In this document: positions 25,791 to 35,230 of the stretch, in pieces
Numbering within the stretch: the first letter of the stretch is position 1
Layout: every line of letters starts with the position of its first letter
Assembly (NCBI GenBank): GCA_039798785.1
Contig: JBDKFG010000036.1
Coordinates: forward strand, 1-45,771
Length of the DNA: 45,771 nucleotides
Source of the DNA: Verrucomicrobiota bacterium
Lineage (GTDB): Bacteria; Verrucomicrobiota; Lentisphaeria; Lentisphaerales; Lentisphaeraceae
Direction: 5' to 3'
Position numbers and translations under genes: made by a program
Notes under the pieces: generated by a model
What the model saw: the letters and a program-made list of their open reading frames with translations, nothing else
Told to the model about the DNA's origin: nothing
The model's database searches: none

Positions 25791-27002
25791 TCAGCGCTTG
25801 TTGGCGGCGAGGAATTCTTCGAGGCGGTCGAAGGCGTTGGCGAGGGTTTCGCACCAGGGCAGGAAGACGACGCGGAAGGCGGCGCTTTTGCTGTAGTTGA
25901 AGCCGGTGCCGTGGACCACCATGACGTGTTTCTCCTCGAGGAAGCGGAAGCAGAAATCTTCGACATCCTTGAAATTGTAGAGGCTCAGATCGATCTCCGG
26001 GAAGGCGTAGAGGGCGCCTTCGGGAGCTGCGCATTTGATTCCGGGGATGGCGTTGAGGCGCTTGACGGTGAGGTCGCGCTGTTCCTTCAGGCGGCCGCCG
26101 TCGGAAGTCAGACTGAAGACCGACTGGTAGCCGTTGAGTGCGGTCGGGATGGTCCATTGCGCCGTGACGTTGGCGCAGAGTCGCATCGAAGCGAGGAGAG
26201 TGATCCCCTCCATGTAATCCTTGGCCTCGGCGGTGGGGCCGGTGAAGTACATCCAGCCGGAGCGGAAGCCGCAGGCGCGGTAGTTCTTCGAGATGCCGTT
26301 GAAGGTGATGGTGAGGACATCGCTCGAGAGCGTCGCCAGGGGCACGTGCTTGACGCCGTTGTAGGTGATCTTGGAGTAGATCTCGTCGGCGAAGATGATG
26401 AGCTTGTGCTTGCGGGCGAGCTCGAGGATAGCGAGCAGGGTCTCTTTCGGATAGACTGCGCCGGTGGGGTTGTTGGGGTTGATGACGACGATGCCGCGGG
26501 TCTTGTCGGTGATCATCCTGGCCATCGCTTCGACGTCGGGCTGCCAGCCTTTTTCCGGGACGCAGGGGTAGTGCATGGCCTTGCCGTCGGCGAGACGCAC
26601 GGCGGCGGTCCAGAGCGGGTAATCGGGGGAGGGGACGAGAACTTCGTCGCCGGGGTTGAGCAGGGCTTCCATGCTCATGACGATGAGTTCGGAGCAGCCG
26701 TTGCCGATGTAGACGTGTTCGACGTCGAGGTTTTTCAGTCCATAGCTGGCGGCGTCGGCGACGATCGCCTCGCGGGCTTCGACGATGCCTTTGGAATTGC
26801 AGTAGGGTGCGGCCTTGTCCAGGTTGCGGATGAGGGCCAGGTTCATCGAGTCGGGGACCTGGAAGCCGAAGGCGCCGGGGTTGCCGATGTTGAGCTCTAG
26901 GACCTTGGCTCCCGTGGCTTTCAGCTCGGCGGCACGCTGGGCGATGCGGCCGCGGATTTCATACTTGACATGTTCCAGGTGCTTGGATTTGGAAATGGCC
27001 AT
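25791..27002 (-). CDS. alaA: Alanine-synthesizing transaminase (AlaA/AlaT, class I PLP aminotransferase)
   Basis: VKYEIRG, LNIGNP, GNGCSELI, PDYPLWTAAV, INPNNPTGAVY, DEIY, FNGISKNYRACGFRSGW, MRLCANV, HGTGFN. Confidence 0.9.
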   Translation of the reverse strand: MAISKSKHLEHVKYEIRGRIAQRAAELKATGAKVLELNIGNPGAFGFQVPDSMNLALIRNLDKAAPYCNSKGIVEAREAIVADAASYGLKNLDVEHVYIGNGCSELIVMSMEALLNPGDEVLVPSPDYPLWTAAVRLADGKAMHYPCVPEKGWQPDVEAMARMITDKTRGIVVINPNNPTGAVYPKETLLAILELARKHKLIIFADEIYSKITYNGVKHVPLATLSSDVLTITFNGISKNYRACGFRSGWMYFTGPTAEAKDYMEGITLLASMRLCANVTAQWTIPTALNGYQSVFSLTSDGGRLKEQRDLTVKRLNAIPGIKCAAPEGALYAFPEIDLSLYNFKDVEDFCFRFLEEKHVMVVHGTGFNYSKSAAFRVVFLPWCETLANAFDRLEEFLAANKR

Positions 27003-27026
27003 GGCGATCTTCTGTTCGGGCTGAGG

Positions 27027-27914
27027 TTAGGCGAGGGGAGGCAAGGTGGCTACCGGATTCTCGGCCAGGACGACCCGGAAGCCGAGGACGAAGTAACGGG
27101 AGTCGGGCGGGTTGACGAAGCGCGAGCTGGGGCGGCAGTCGGTCCAGTTGTAGAGCCAGCAGCCGCCTTTGGCGATGCGGTTGGTGCCGTTCTTGCTATA
27201 GGGGTTGATGATGTCGTCGCGCGAGCAGGAGAGGAGGACGCCGCCGGCCTCGTAGTAGCTGGGGTCGTGGAAGTCGCAGCCGTCGAGGACCCATTCCCAG
27301 ATGTTGCCCTGCATGTCGTAGAAGCCCCAGTCGTTGGGCTCCTTGAGGCCGACTTCGTGGGCGGATTCGTTGGCGTTCTTGTAGTACCAGGCGATGTTGT
27401 CGACATCGTCGACGAAGTCGTCTTCGGAGCCGCCGCGGCAGACGTATTCCCACTCGGCTTCGGTCGGCAGGCGGTAGACATAGGGGTCGGGCAGGCGACC
27501 GGCGGCTTTTTCGCGGCGGGTGAGCTTTTCGCAGAAGTCGACGGCGGAGGTCCAGGAGATCTTCTCAGCGGGTAAGCGGTTGGAGTTCATCCCGGTGGGG
27601 CAGTAGCTGCCTTGGAACATCGAGGGGTTTTTGCCGATGATTTCCTTGTATTCCTCCTGCGTCACCGGGTAGATGCCCATCCACATGCGGCGGGTGATGT
27701 GGACGCGGTGTCGGGGACGCTCGGGGGCGCGCTCGGGCTTCTTGTCGTCGACGCCTTTGTGGTAGCTGCCGGGCTCGATCCGCTTCATCACCATGCCAAG
27801 TTCTTCGACTTCGAAGAACTCGCCGAAATCATGCATCTCGCCAGGATCCACCACGTGGGAGAAGAGGACCGGGAGTTCGGGAATCAGGGGCAGGTCGGAC
27901 ATTTCAGGCTCCAT
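27027..27914 (-). CDS. Formylglycine-generating enzyme (FGE-sulfatase/SUMF1) domain protein
   Basis: YPVTQEEY, RLPTEAEWEY, PNDWGFYDMQGNIWEW, KGGCW...LGFRVV. Start uncertain; ATG 27914 chosen. Confidence 0.88.
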   Translation of the reverse strand: MEPEMSDLPLIPELPVLFSHVVDPGEMHDFGEFFEVEELGMVMKRIEPGSYHKGVDDKKPERAPERPRHRVHITRRMWMGIYPVTQEEYKEIIGKNPSMFQGSYCPTGMNSNRLPAEKISWTSAVDFCEKLTRREKAAGRLPDPYVYRLPTEAEWEYVCRGGSEDDFVDDVDNIAWYYKNANESAHEVGLKEPNDWGFYDMQGNIWEWVLDGCDFHDPSYYEAGGVLLSCSRDDIINPYSKNGTNRIAKGGCWLYNWTDCRPSSRFVNPPDSRYFVLGFRVVLAENPVATLPPLA

Positions 27915-28203
27915 GGGGGACACTCGTCGATTATTGTTCGTATTACAGGTCGGCCAAGTTAACCCCCGGCTCTTCATCTTGCAAGCTTTGCGGATAAAGC
28001 TTATGAAGCCTTGTTCCGCCTTAAGCAAAAGGCTGCCTGGGCATTTTCGGCGTCCGATGGAGTCTCCGGCCAGTTCGCCAATCTTCTCATTTCTGCTGTT
28101 CCTGCGGGTTCAGGGGGCGAGGCTGATCGGCGCCCGAGTTGAGCCGTCAAATTTCGATTGCTGAGATCGGGTCAGAAGAGAAGCTGAGCCACAATGTTTA
28201 AGC

Positions 28204-31074
28204 TCATCCCAGATACTTGTCACTGCCCCGCCAGATCAGGCGCAGCGCGTCGAGGCGCAGCGTCGTCTTGGTGAAGCCGGCGGCGAGCTCGGCGGCGTCG
28301 CTGCGCAGGGCGGCGGCCTCCTCCGGGCGGACCGCGGTGTTGACCTTGGCGAGGGCCTCGAGACGGGCGGCTTCAGTGTCGAAGTGGGCGCGGGCGGTCG
28401 CGATGGCTTCCTTGACCAGGGGGGCGAGGAGCTTTTGAGCTTCGGCATTGACCGCGGCGAGCATGGCGGGAAGGAGCTTGGTGCGCAATTGCTCGTTGCT
28501 GAGGAAGCGGTGCAGATCGCCGGGAACGAGCTTGTCGTCGAGCTCTTCGGCGCTGAATTTGTTCTCGATCAATTCCAGCTTGTGGTTGAGGAGGATGCGG
28601 ATCGGGGTCGGCGGCAGCCAGCGGCGGGCTTCGAGACGGGCCGGGAGCAAGGCTTCGGGACTGATCAGGGCCTCGAGGTAGATGCTGCGCGCTTCGGCGT
28701 CCTTCCAGTGACCGAAGGAGGCGTTGCCCCAGTCGGCGGCGAGCAGGTGCTCTTCCATCGCCACCACCAGGGGGTGGTCCCAGGTGAGCAGGGTGAGGTC
28801 TTCGCGGACGATCGATTTGCGGCGCGAGAAGGTGACGAGCTGGCCTTCCTGGGTGACGCCGGGGAGTTCGGTGACCAGGTTCTGCGCGGCCTTCATCAAC
28901 CAGACGCCAGGCTCGGCGTCGACGAGCTCGACGCCGAAGCGGTCGGCGTAGAGTTCGAAGAGCACTTCGAGGCGGCCGTTGTTGTCGGCGGCGGTGATTG
29001 CCTCGACCAGGGCCTTGCCTTTGTCGGGACGATAGGAATGGATCTCGAGAAGGCGGTCGCGTCCGGCGTCGAGGCGACCGCGGATGGTGGCGGATTCCTC
29101 TTTGGCGCGGGCGATCAGGGCCTCCAACGAGGCCTCGCGATTGGGGTCGCGGGTGACGAATTCGCCGAGGACTTCGCCGACCAGCGGGATGAGCGCGGCG
29201 TCGAGGGCTTCGCAGCCGTGCAAGGGAGCTGAGAAGAGGCCGAGGCCTTCGTCGCAGAAGCGGGCGAAGGCGTGGTGGGGAGAGTCGTCGAAGCAGGGGA
29301 TGTGGATCTTGATGTCTTCGGTCTGGCCGATGCGGTCGAGGCGGCCGATGCGCTGCTCGAGGGTGCCTGGCGAGACGGGCAGGTCGTAGAGCACGAGGTG
29401 GTGGCAGAACTGGAAGTTGCGGCCTTCCGAGCCGATCTCGGAGGCGATCATCAGGCGGGCGCCGTCGGGATCCTGGAAGAAGACGGCGTTGCGGTCGCGT
29501 TGCGCCAGCGACAGACCTTCGTGGAACATGGTCAGCTTGACGTTGCGCTGATCGCGGATCGTCTCTTCGAGGAGCAGGGCGCGCTCCTGGCTGGAGCAGA
29601 TGGCGAGGACCTTGGCGCCCTTGAGCGAGCGGACCAGCGAGGCGAGCCATTCGACCCGCGGGTCGGCGCCGCGACCTTCGGCGAGGAGGCGGGTCTCGGT
29701 GTCGCGCATGATCTGGGCGGCGGAGTCGTCGGCGTCGACTTCGGCCGGCCGGGCCAGCGAGGCGGGCAGGGGCAGGAGGTGGATCTGCGGTTTCCGCTTG
29801 GGGAAGTTGTCCATCACCTTGCGGGTGTTGCGGAAGACGCTGCGCGAGGTGCCGTGGCGGTCGACGAGGGCGTCGACGAGGCGGCTGCGGTCCTCCTTGG
29901 AATGTTTGGTCGCCTTGGCGAGCTTGACCAGGGTTTCGTCGCCGTCGAGCAGGGCGGCGAGCTGGCTGCGCTCGGCGGGCTTGAGGGTCGCCTTGGCATC
30001 GAGGAGGAGGCCGGCGAGGCGGGCGGTGTCCTGGAAGCCGCTTTGCGAGGCTTTGTAGGCTTCGAGATCGGAGAAGCGCTGCGGATCGAGGAGGCGGAGG
30101 CGGGCGAAGTGGCCGGCCTCGCCGAGGGATTCCGGGGTGGCGGAGAGGAGGAGGAGGCCGGGCGACTTGGCGCTGATCGCGGCGACGGCCTCGTAGGCTT
30201 TGGAGGCGCCCTTGACCGGGTCCCAGTCGAGGTGGTGGGCTTCGTCGACGCAGAGCAGGTCCCAGCCGGCGGCGGCGGCGGCGGCGGCCCAGACCGGGTT
30301 GCCGGCGAGGAAGGAGACCGGGCAGATCACCAGCGGGTCGAGCTCGAAGGGATTGCTGCGCTTGTTGTGCTTCACCGCGGCGAGGCAGCGCTCCTCGTCG
30401 ATGATCGAGAACCACAGGTTGAACTTGCGGTACATCTCGACGAACCACTGGTGGACGAGGGGTTCCGGAACGACGATGAGGGCGCGGGTGACCCGCTGCG
30501 TCTGGATCAGGCGGTGCAGAATGAGGCCTGCCTCGATGGTCTTGCCGAGGCCGACTTCATCGGAGAGGAGGACGCGGGGGAGGGGGCGGCGTTCGGCGCA
30601 GGTGGCGGCGACGTGGAGCTGGTGCGGGATGAGATCGACGCGCGGGCCGAGCAGGCCGAGCAGGGGCGAGCTGACGCGCATGGCGCGGGCCTCGAGGGCG
30701 AGGCGGCGCAGGGAGAAGGCGGAGGGATCCTCGCAGCGGCCGTTGAGGATGCGGTCGGAGGGCAGGGCCAGCGAGATGGCGTCGGCGAGCTCCGACTCCG
30801 GCAGGATGCCGTGCTGGCTGAGGTAGAAGGCGAGGCCGCCCTTGTCTTCGATGGCTTGGATCTTGTGCGACTTGCCGGCCAGGTCCTGCACCGTGTCGCC
30901 GATGCGCATCAGGTGGCGGCGCAGGGGGGCTCCTTCGAGGGCATAGGAGCGGCTTTCGCCGGTGGCGCGGAAGAGCACCTTGACCGAGAAGCGGTCGCAG
31001 GAGTCGATCAGGCCGAGGCCGAGCTCGGGTTCGGATTCGGAGAGGACGCGTTGGCCGGTTTTGAAGGGGTGCAT
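28204..31074 (-). CDS. rapA: RNA polymerase-associated SNF2-like ATPase RapA (HepA)
   Basis: FKTGQRVLSESEPELGLG, LIPHQL, DEVGLGKTIEAG, DEAHH, SATPE, DRHGT, SEIGSEGRNFQF, LEQRIGRLDRIGQ, RLDALRLI. Confidence 0.93.
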   Translation of the reverse strand: MHPFKTGQRVLSESEPELGLGLIDSCDRFSVKVLFRATGESRSYALEGAPLRRHLMRIGDTVQDLAGKSHKIQAIEDKGGLAFYLSQHGILPESELADAISLALPSDRILNGRCEDPSAFSLRRLALEARAMRVSSPLLGLLGPRVDLIPHQLHVAATCAERRPLPRVLLSDEVGLGKTIEAGLILHRLIQTQRVTRALIVVPEPLVHQWFVEMYRKFNLWFSIIDEERCLAAVKHNKRSNPFELDPLVICPVSFLAGNPVWAAAAAAAGWDLLCVDEAHHLDWDPVKGASKAYEAVAAISAKSPGLLLLSATPESLGEAGHFARLRLLDPQRFSDLEAYKASQSGFQDTARLAGLLLDAKATLKPAERSQLAALLDGDETLVKLAKATKHSKEDRSRLVDALVDRHGTSRSVFRNTRKVMDNFPKRKPQIHLLPLPASLARPAEVDADDSAAQIMRDTETRLLAEGRGADPRVEWLASLVRSLKGAKVLAICSSQERALLLEETIRDQRNVKLTMFHEGLSLAQRDRNAVFFQDPDGARLMIASEIGSEGRNFQFCHHLVLYDLPVSPGTLEQRIGRLDRIGQTEDIKIHIPCFDDSPHHAFARFCDEGLGLFSAPLHGCEALDAALIPLVGEVLGEFVTRDPNREASLEALIARAKEESATIRGRLDAGRDRLLEIHSYRPDKGKALVEAITAADNNGRLEVLFELYADRFGVELVDAEPGVWLMKAAQNLVTELPGVTQEGQLVTFSRRKSIVREDLTLLTWDHPLVVAMEEHLLAADWGNASFGHWKDAEARSIYLEALISPEALLPARLEARRWLPPTPIRILLNHKLELIENKFSAEELDDKLVPGDLHRFLSNEQLRTKLLPAMLAAVNAEAQKLLAPLVKEAIATARAHFDTEAARLEALAKVNTAVRPEEAAALRSDAAELAAGFTKTTLRLDALRLIWRGSDKYLG

Positions 31075-31209
31075 GGGGGTTTCCTTGTGTTCATCCTCGG
31101 AAGATACCCCTGAAGCGTTCATTCGATATCACGATCTCTGCTTTTCACCTTTTCACCCGTGGACTTCAATGCCAAGACTCGATCCTTGACCGGCTGAGAA
31201 CTGCATTAT

Positions 31210-31459
31210 CCGAGTTCCCGTCGCAGCTTTTATGTGCGGCGGTTTTGCGCATGGCTGCATCGGAGATTTGCGCCGGAGCGACGAGGTCCGTATCGGGGCG
31301 ACGACGTGGGGCGTCGAAGAGCATGTCGGCGAGGAGCTCGTGCATGTGCCTCTCGACGCATTGGGCATGCGGACACAGAGTCGAACGCTTTTCTCGTGGC
31401 GGTGGTGTATCGGCCGGCCGGACCTTGCGGCTTCGGAAGGCTCGTTCAACCGCACGTAA
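31210..31459 (-). mobile_element. Degenerate IS1634-like (IS4 superfamily) transposase C-terminal fragment
   Basis: Three consecutive minus-strand segments separated by frameshifts: LRAVERAFRSRK / RPIHHRHEKSVR / CVERHMHELLADMLFD...LVAPAQISDAAMRK. These match the recalled IS1634 pattern VERAFRSLK..RPIxHR...VEWHM..LAPMLFD..VAPAQ.S.AA..K. Confidence 0.7.
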
Positions 31460-31495
31460 TGATTAAAGCAGTTGTTATTACAAATTTAATTTTTA

Positions 31496-34018
31496 TCATG
31501 CTTCATCGCTTGTGCGGGGGCTTTGGTTGATGAAAGTCAGCCAGTCATCTTGATCAGGGTCGCCGATCACGACTTTGTGAGCTGCATCGGAATAGGCCCA
31601 AGGTTGGATGCTCTGGGTTTTCAGTCGCAAGGCATATATCAGCTCGCCAGTCTTCTGAGAATAAACTTTGAGAACTGGTTCAGGACAGTCTTGGTAACGG
31701 ACTTCGGGAAGACGCCGGGTGCTCTGCGCGGGGAAATTGTCGCGTTGATGGACGAGCAAAGGGAATCCGGGGAAGGGGATGGGGCGCCCATCCGGCGAGG
31801 GCAGGAATCGGTAGGAGGCGCACTCGTAGGTTCTGGTCTCTGGATCGATGCGGACGATGGAGAATCCGGAGACTTTGATGTCGGCTCTGCGGTAGCGATT
31901 GGAGTGGCTGCTGCCTTCGGGGTTGGCGACGGCGTAGACGAAGATTTTGTTGCCGAGGCCATCGGAGTATTCACCGGTGTTGGGGAGATTGTGGCGGGGG
32001 CGATTTTGATGAGGGATGCCGACTTCATCCGGCACCCACCAGCGCTGCCAACCGACGCTGATCGCCGGAACGCAGAGGGACCAGCAGGAGTCGCGCTGGT
32101 GTTCAACACCGTATTGCATCATCGTGGTGATGTGTTGGTCGCCGGTGACATGCAGGGGGAAAGCCTTCCGCATGGTCATGATGGCTTGCTGGCGAGCCGT
32201 GTGCGGCCAGCCGTGCGCATCCAAGTCACCTTGGAAATAGTCGTGGCGCGAGCCGGAGTGCGTGAGGACCTGTGCGAATGGGGATTGGCTGAGGACGACT
32301 TTCATGTCGGCGCCGCGCCAGTCCTGAGCCCAGTGCTCAAGGAAGGCTAACTGACGCGTGCCGAGAAGGTCGAGCCCGGGCTTGTCGAGCCGTCCGACGT
32401 CATATTTCTTGTCTTCGATCAAATCGGCGCGCCCCGCCCAGTCGCAGACGCTGTCCTTGGGCCCTGACTTGAACATCCGGTCGGAGACGAGGGCGAAGCT
32501 GACACGTCCGTAGACGAGGTCGCCGTAAAAGACGCTGATGCCTTGATCGATCGGCGTGTCGTCGAAGAAACGGGGATGGTGAGCCATCTGAGAGCGGTGG
32601 ACCATGTTGACGAATCGAGGATCCTGAACGTAGCCGCCTGCGTCGTGACGCTCGTAGGGGATGGCATTGCCGCCATTGCCCCAGATATTGGGCTGGAAGA
32701 CGTCGTGGTCATCAGGGGAACAGACTGTGGGTCGGTCTCGCATGATCTCCCCAAAAGCCATGCCGAACATGAAGTACTTGCCGAGGTAGCAGAGGATGGA
32801 ATCGTCGACAGGGCTCCTGACGATCCAGAAATGGCCGTTGACTTCATAGATCTGATCGCCAGAGAAGTATACAAGATCCGGGTCGATGCCGCGAAGTTGT
32901 TCAGCCAAGGGGGCGTAGGGGAATCCATCGAAGTGCTGGCAGGTGAGTGGCGCAAAGACCAAGGAGCGACCTCTGGGTTCGGCGCGGATGATGCCGAAAC
33001 GTTGGCAGAGTTCACTGCTGCCGTCCTTGAACTTGAGCAAATAGCTGAGTCGGTATTCCACGGAGCTGCTGCTGTCCCAGCGGCGTTTTTCAAAAGTGGC
33101 CGTACGGGAATCTGGATCGATCATCTCTTCGCCCACGCTGCTCCATGTGCCGCCCGATCCCTTGACTTCCAGCAAGACCGATTGACTGCTCTCTTTGGCG
33201 ACTGGAGGCATCTGGGCGCTGAGTTTGAGGACTTGTCCGTCCGGCCCGCGGGAGTCGCTGACCGTGTACATGCTCCAGAGGATAGGCCCGAAGGACTGGT
33301 CCGGCTTGGATTCGATCCGACCACCTGTCCCTTGCCATCGGTTGAACCAGAACCTTGAGCCATTCTTGATCTTGTCGTCAAAATTATTGACGAGGCAGAG
33401 ATTGCCCAAAAGGCTGGCGGCGGGGACATTCGTCTCGACCGAGCCGAGCCGCAGGCCAGCCCGATCTTTGCATTCGAGGAGGAGCCGGTACTGGCCGCCC
33501 TCAAGCGGCGAAGCCTCCAGTGTCAAGGCGAGATCGGTGAAGTCGGTGGGATCCAGTGGCGCGTGAACAGCGCCGATGAAGATCCTGCCGTCGAGGTTTA
33601 CGCCGGCATCAACTCCTCGCCCCCAGCAAAGATTGCCGCGATAGTCATTGACCAAGTCGTGAACGCCGATCCGGAAGCCCGCGCTGCCGGAGCCGCCTCG
33701 GGTGATCAGTCCGAGCCTGACCGATAGGGCGAAGGGATGTTCCCTCACTCCCAATTGATGTGTGAGGATGTGAACGTTTCGCCCGCCTCCGGAGCTGCGG
33801 CACTCCAGGCGTCCTGCGGCGATTCGCCAATCCTGAAGGGGGTTGGACCAGAACTCTCGGCCAAGCCAAGCCTGGTCGAACTCCCTGTGCCAGGCGCTGG
33901 CGAAGCCCGAGGCAAAGCCGCTCCTCACCTCCTGGATATTTCTACAGCTGATGACTGGAATAGCTGTGCCAAGAGCGGCGGTTTGACGGAGGAAGGCGCG
34001 ACGGTCGAGTTTTTTCAT
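31496..34018 (-). CDS. Tat-exported PhoD-like (alkaline phosphatase D family) metallophosphoesterase
   Basis: Twin-arginine MKKLDRRAFL (ATG 34018); FSGDQIYE, PDDHDVFQPNIWG, DRMFKS, LLGTRQLAFL, GDQH. Confidence 0.85.
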   Translation of the reverse strand: MKKLDRRAFLRQTAALGTAIPVISCRNIQEVRSGFASGFASAWHREFDQAWLGREFWSNPLQDWRIAAGRLECRSSGGGRNVHILTHQLGVREHPFALSVRLGLITRGGSGSAGFRIGVHDLVNDYRGNLCWGRGVDAGVNLDGRIFIGAVHAPLDPTDFTDLALTLEASPLEGGQYRLLLECKDRAGLRLGSVETNVPAASLLGNLCLVNNFDDKIKNGSRFWFNRWQGTGGRIESKPDQSFGPILWSMYTVSDSRGPDGQVLKLSAQMPPVAKESSQSVLLEVKGSGGTWSSVGEEMIDPDSRTATFEKRRWDSSSSVEYRLSYLLKFKDGSSELCQRFGIIRAEPRGRSLVFAPLTCQHFDGFPYAPLAEQLRGIDPDLVYFSGDQIYEVNGHFWIVRSPVDDSILCYLGKYFMFGMAFGEIMRDRPTVCSPDDHDVFQPNIWGNGGNAIPYERHDAGGYVQDPRFVNMVHRSQMAHHPRFFDDTPIDQGISVFYGDLVYGRVSFALVSDRMFKSGPKDSVCDWAGRADLIEDKKYDVGRLDKPGLDLLGTRQLAFLEHWAQDWRGADMKVVLSQSPFAQVLTHSGSRHDYFQGDLDAHGWPHTARQQAIMTMRKAFPLHVTGDQHITTMMQYGVEHQRDSCWSLCVPAISVGWQRWWVPDEVGIPHQNRPRHNLPNTGEYSDGLGNKIFVYAVANPEGSSHSNRYRRADIKVSGFSIVRIDPETRTYECASYRFLPSPDGRPIPFPGFPLLVHQRDNFPAQSTRRLPEVRYQDCPEPVLKVYSQKTGELIYALRLKTQSIQPWAYSDAAHKVVIGDPDQDDWLTFINQSPRTSDEA

Positions 34019-34132
34019 TTTTAAAACCTTATCTAGTTGATACAGTCTCCCCCGATATTCTACACAAACCAATTCTAAACACTTGATAAATGCACCGTTT
34101 TGTTGATATTTGATGAAATCGAAGGAGTCTTC

Positions 34133-34963
34133 ATGTCTCAACGAAACAAGCATGCGCGGGTGATCAATTACAGCGGTGCAGAGGAGTTGCCGCTCCTTCG
34201 GCATATCATCGAAACCGAGGCCGCCCCTGGGTATTTCAAGGAAGGCCGCTTGCGCAGCGACAAGGGCTGGCTTCTAAAGATCACTCTGGCCGGCGAAGGC
34301 GAGCTGCACCATGCTGACAAGTCTTGGCGCCTTCCTGCGGGAAGAGCTTTTTTAGTCGCCGTCAACGATGCGCAGATGAGCTACCGAATTGCTCCGGGAG
34401 CTTCGTCCTGGCACTTCATATATTGTGCCATGAGTGATCCCGGCTGCCGTAGCATTGCGGAGCTCCTCGTCCAACAGCGTGGCAGGGTCTTTGATTGCGG
34501 GCTACAGGATCCTCTGCTGAGAAAGCTGCTGCGGGAGGTGCGGAAGGATCTCAAGCTGAGCGAACTCGCCAGTGCTGCACTGGCCCTGGAAATCTTCGAG
34601 GCACTGCTTCATTGGTCGAGCTTGGAAGATCCAGCCTCCAGACAGACCTTGACGATGCGAGCCAAGGAGTTTATCAAGGCTCGCATCCATGAGCCTTTGA
34701 CAGTCAGCTCCGTCGCCGCTCATCTCAAGATCTCGCCCGAGCATTTGAGTAGGATCTTCCGCCAGGATGAAGGTATTACCTGCCAGCAGTGGATCCAGAG
34801 CAGGCGACTTGAGTTAGCACGACGCATCTTGTTGGAAACGGATCTGCCGATCAAATTGCTTGCTGACCAGATCGGCATGGAAGCCAAGAGGTTTTCTTCG
34901 TGGTTCCGCAACCTCGACGGCCGCCGCCCGCTAGAGATTAGACGCGGACTGGACAAGTCCTGA
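34133..34963 (+). CDS. AraC-family transcriptional regulator (cupin + HTH), copy 1
   Basis: AAGGAG RBS; cupin-like N-terminus; VAAHLKISPEHLSRIFR...RRLELARRILLETDLPIK...FSSWFR. Confidence 0.92.
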   Translation: MSQRNKHARVINYSGAEELPLLRHIIETEAAPGYFKEGRLRSDKGWLLKITLAGEGELHHADKSWRLPAGRAFLVAVNDAQMSYRIAPGASSWHFIYCAMSDPGCRSIAELLVQQRGRVFDCGLQDPLLRKLLREVRKDLKLSELASAALALEIFEALLHWSSLEDPASRQTLTMRAKEFIKARIHEPLTVSSVAAHLKISPEHLSRIFRQDEGITCQQWIQSRRLELARRILLETDLPIKLLADQIGMEAKRFSSWFRNLDGRRPLEIRRGLDKS

Positions 34964-34981
34964 CTGCAGGATACTCCTTCG

Positions 34982-35016
34982 CCGTCATTCATTGATAAAA
35001 CCCCGTCATTTTGATC
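34982..35016 (+). promoter_or_regulatory. Candidate AraC-type operator (21-bp-spaced direct repeat)
   Basis: CCGTCATT at 34982 and 35003, each followed closely by TTGAT. A related TTGATA-N14-TTGATA pair lies at 34083/34103 in the phoD/araC divergent gap. Confidence 0.45.
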
Positions 35017-35230
35017 TATGAATGAACAAGCTGATGAAGCCGGCGTCTTGCTTGTTGTCGCGATAAGATCACAAGAGAAAATGGCGGTCCATTGATAGCC
35101 GATTTATTTCGTGATTCGCGCGAGGATATTCAAAAATTTATTAATGAGGGATATCTATAACCACAAGTTATTAAGAGATCCGTGGACATCGATTCAGAAG
35201 CGAGCAAATCAAAGGACATCTAGGTTGCCC

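Noticed and set aside
27027..27200. FGE/C-type-lectin-fold C-terminus (GGCW...LGFRVV) as a diversity-generating retroelement variable region
   Set aside because: I found no template repeat (AAC-rich near-copy) and no reverse transcriptase in the window. A remote DGR cannot be excluded.
31153..31530. Small ORFs called in this gap by the ORF track
   Set aside because: They are better explained as pieces of the frameshifted transposase remnant or its antisense.
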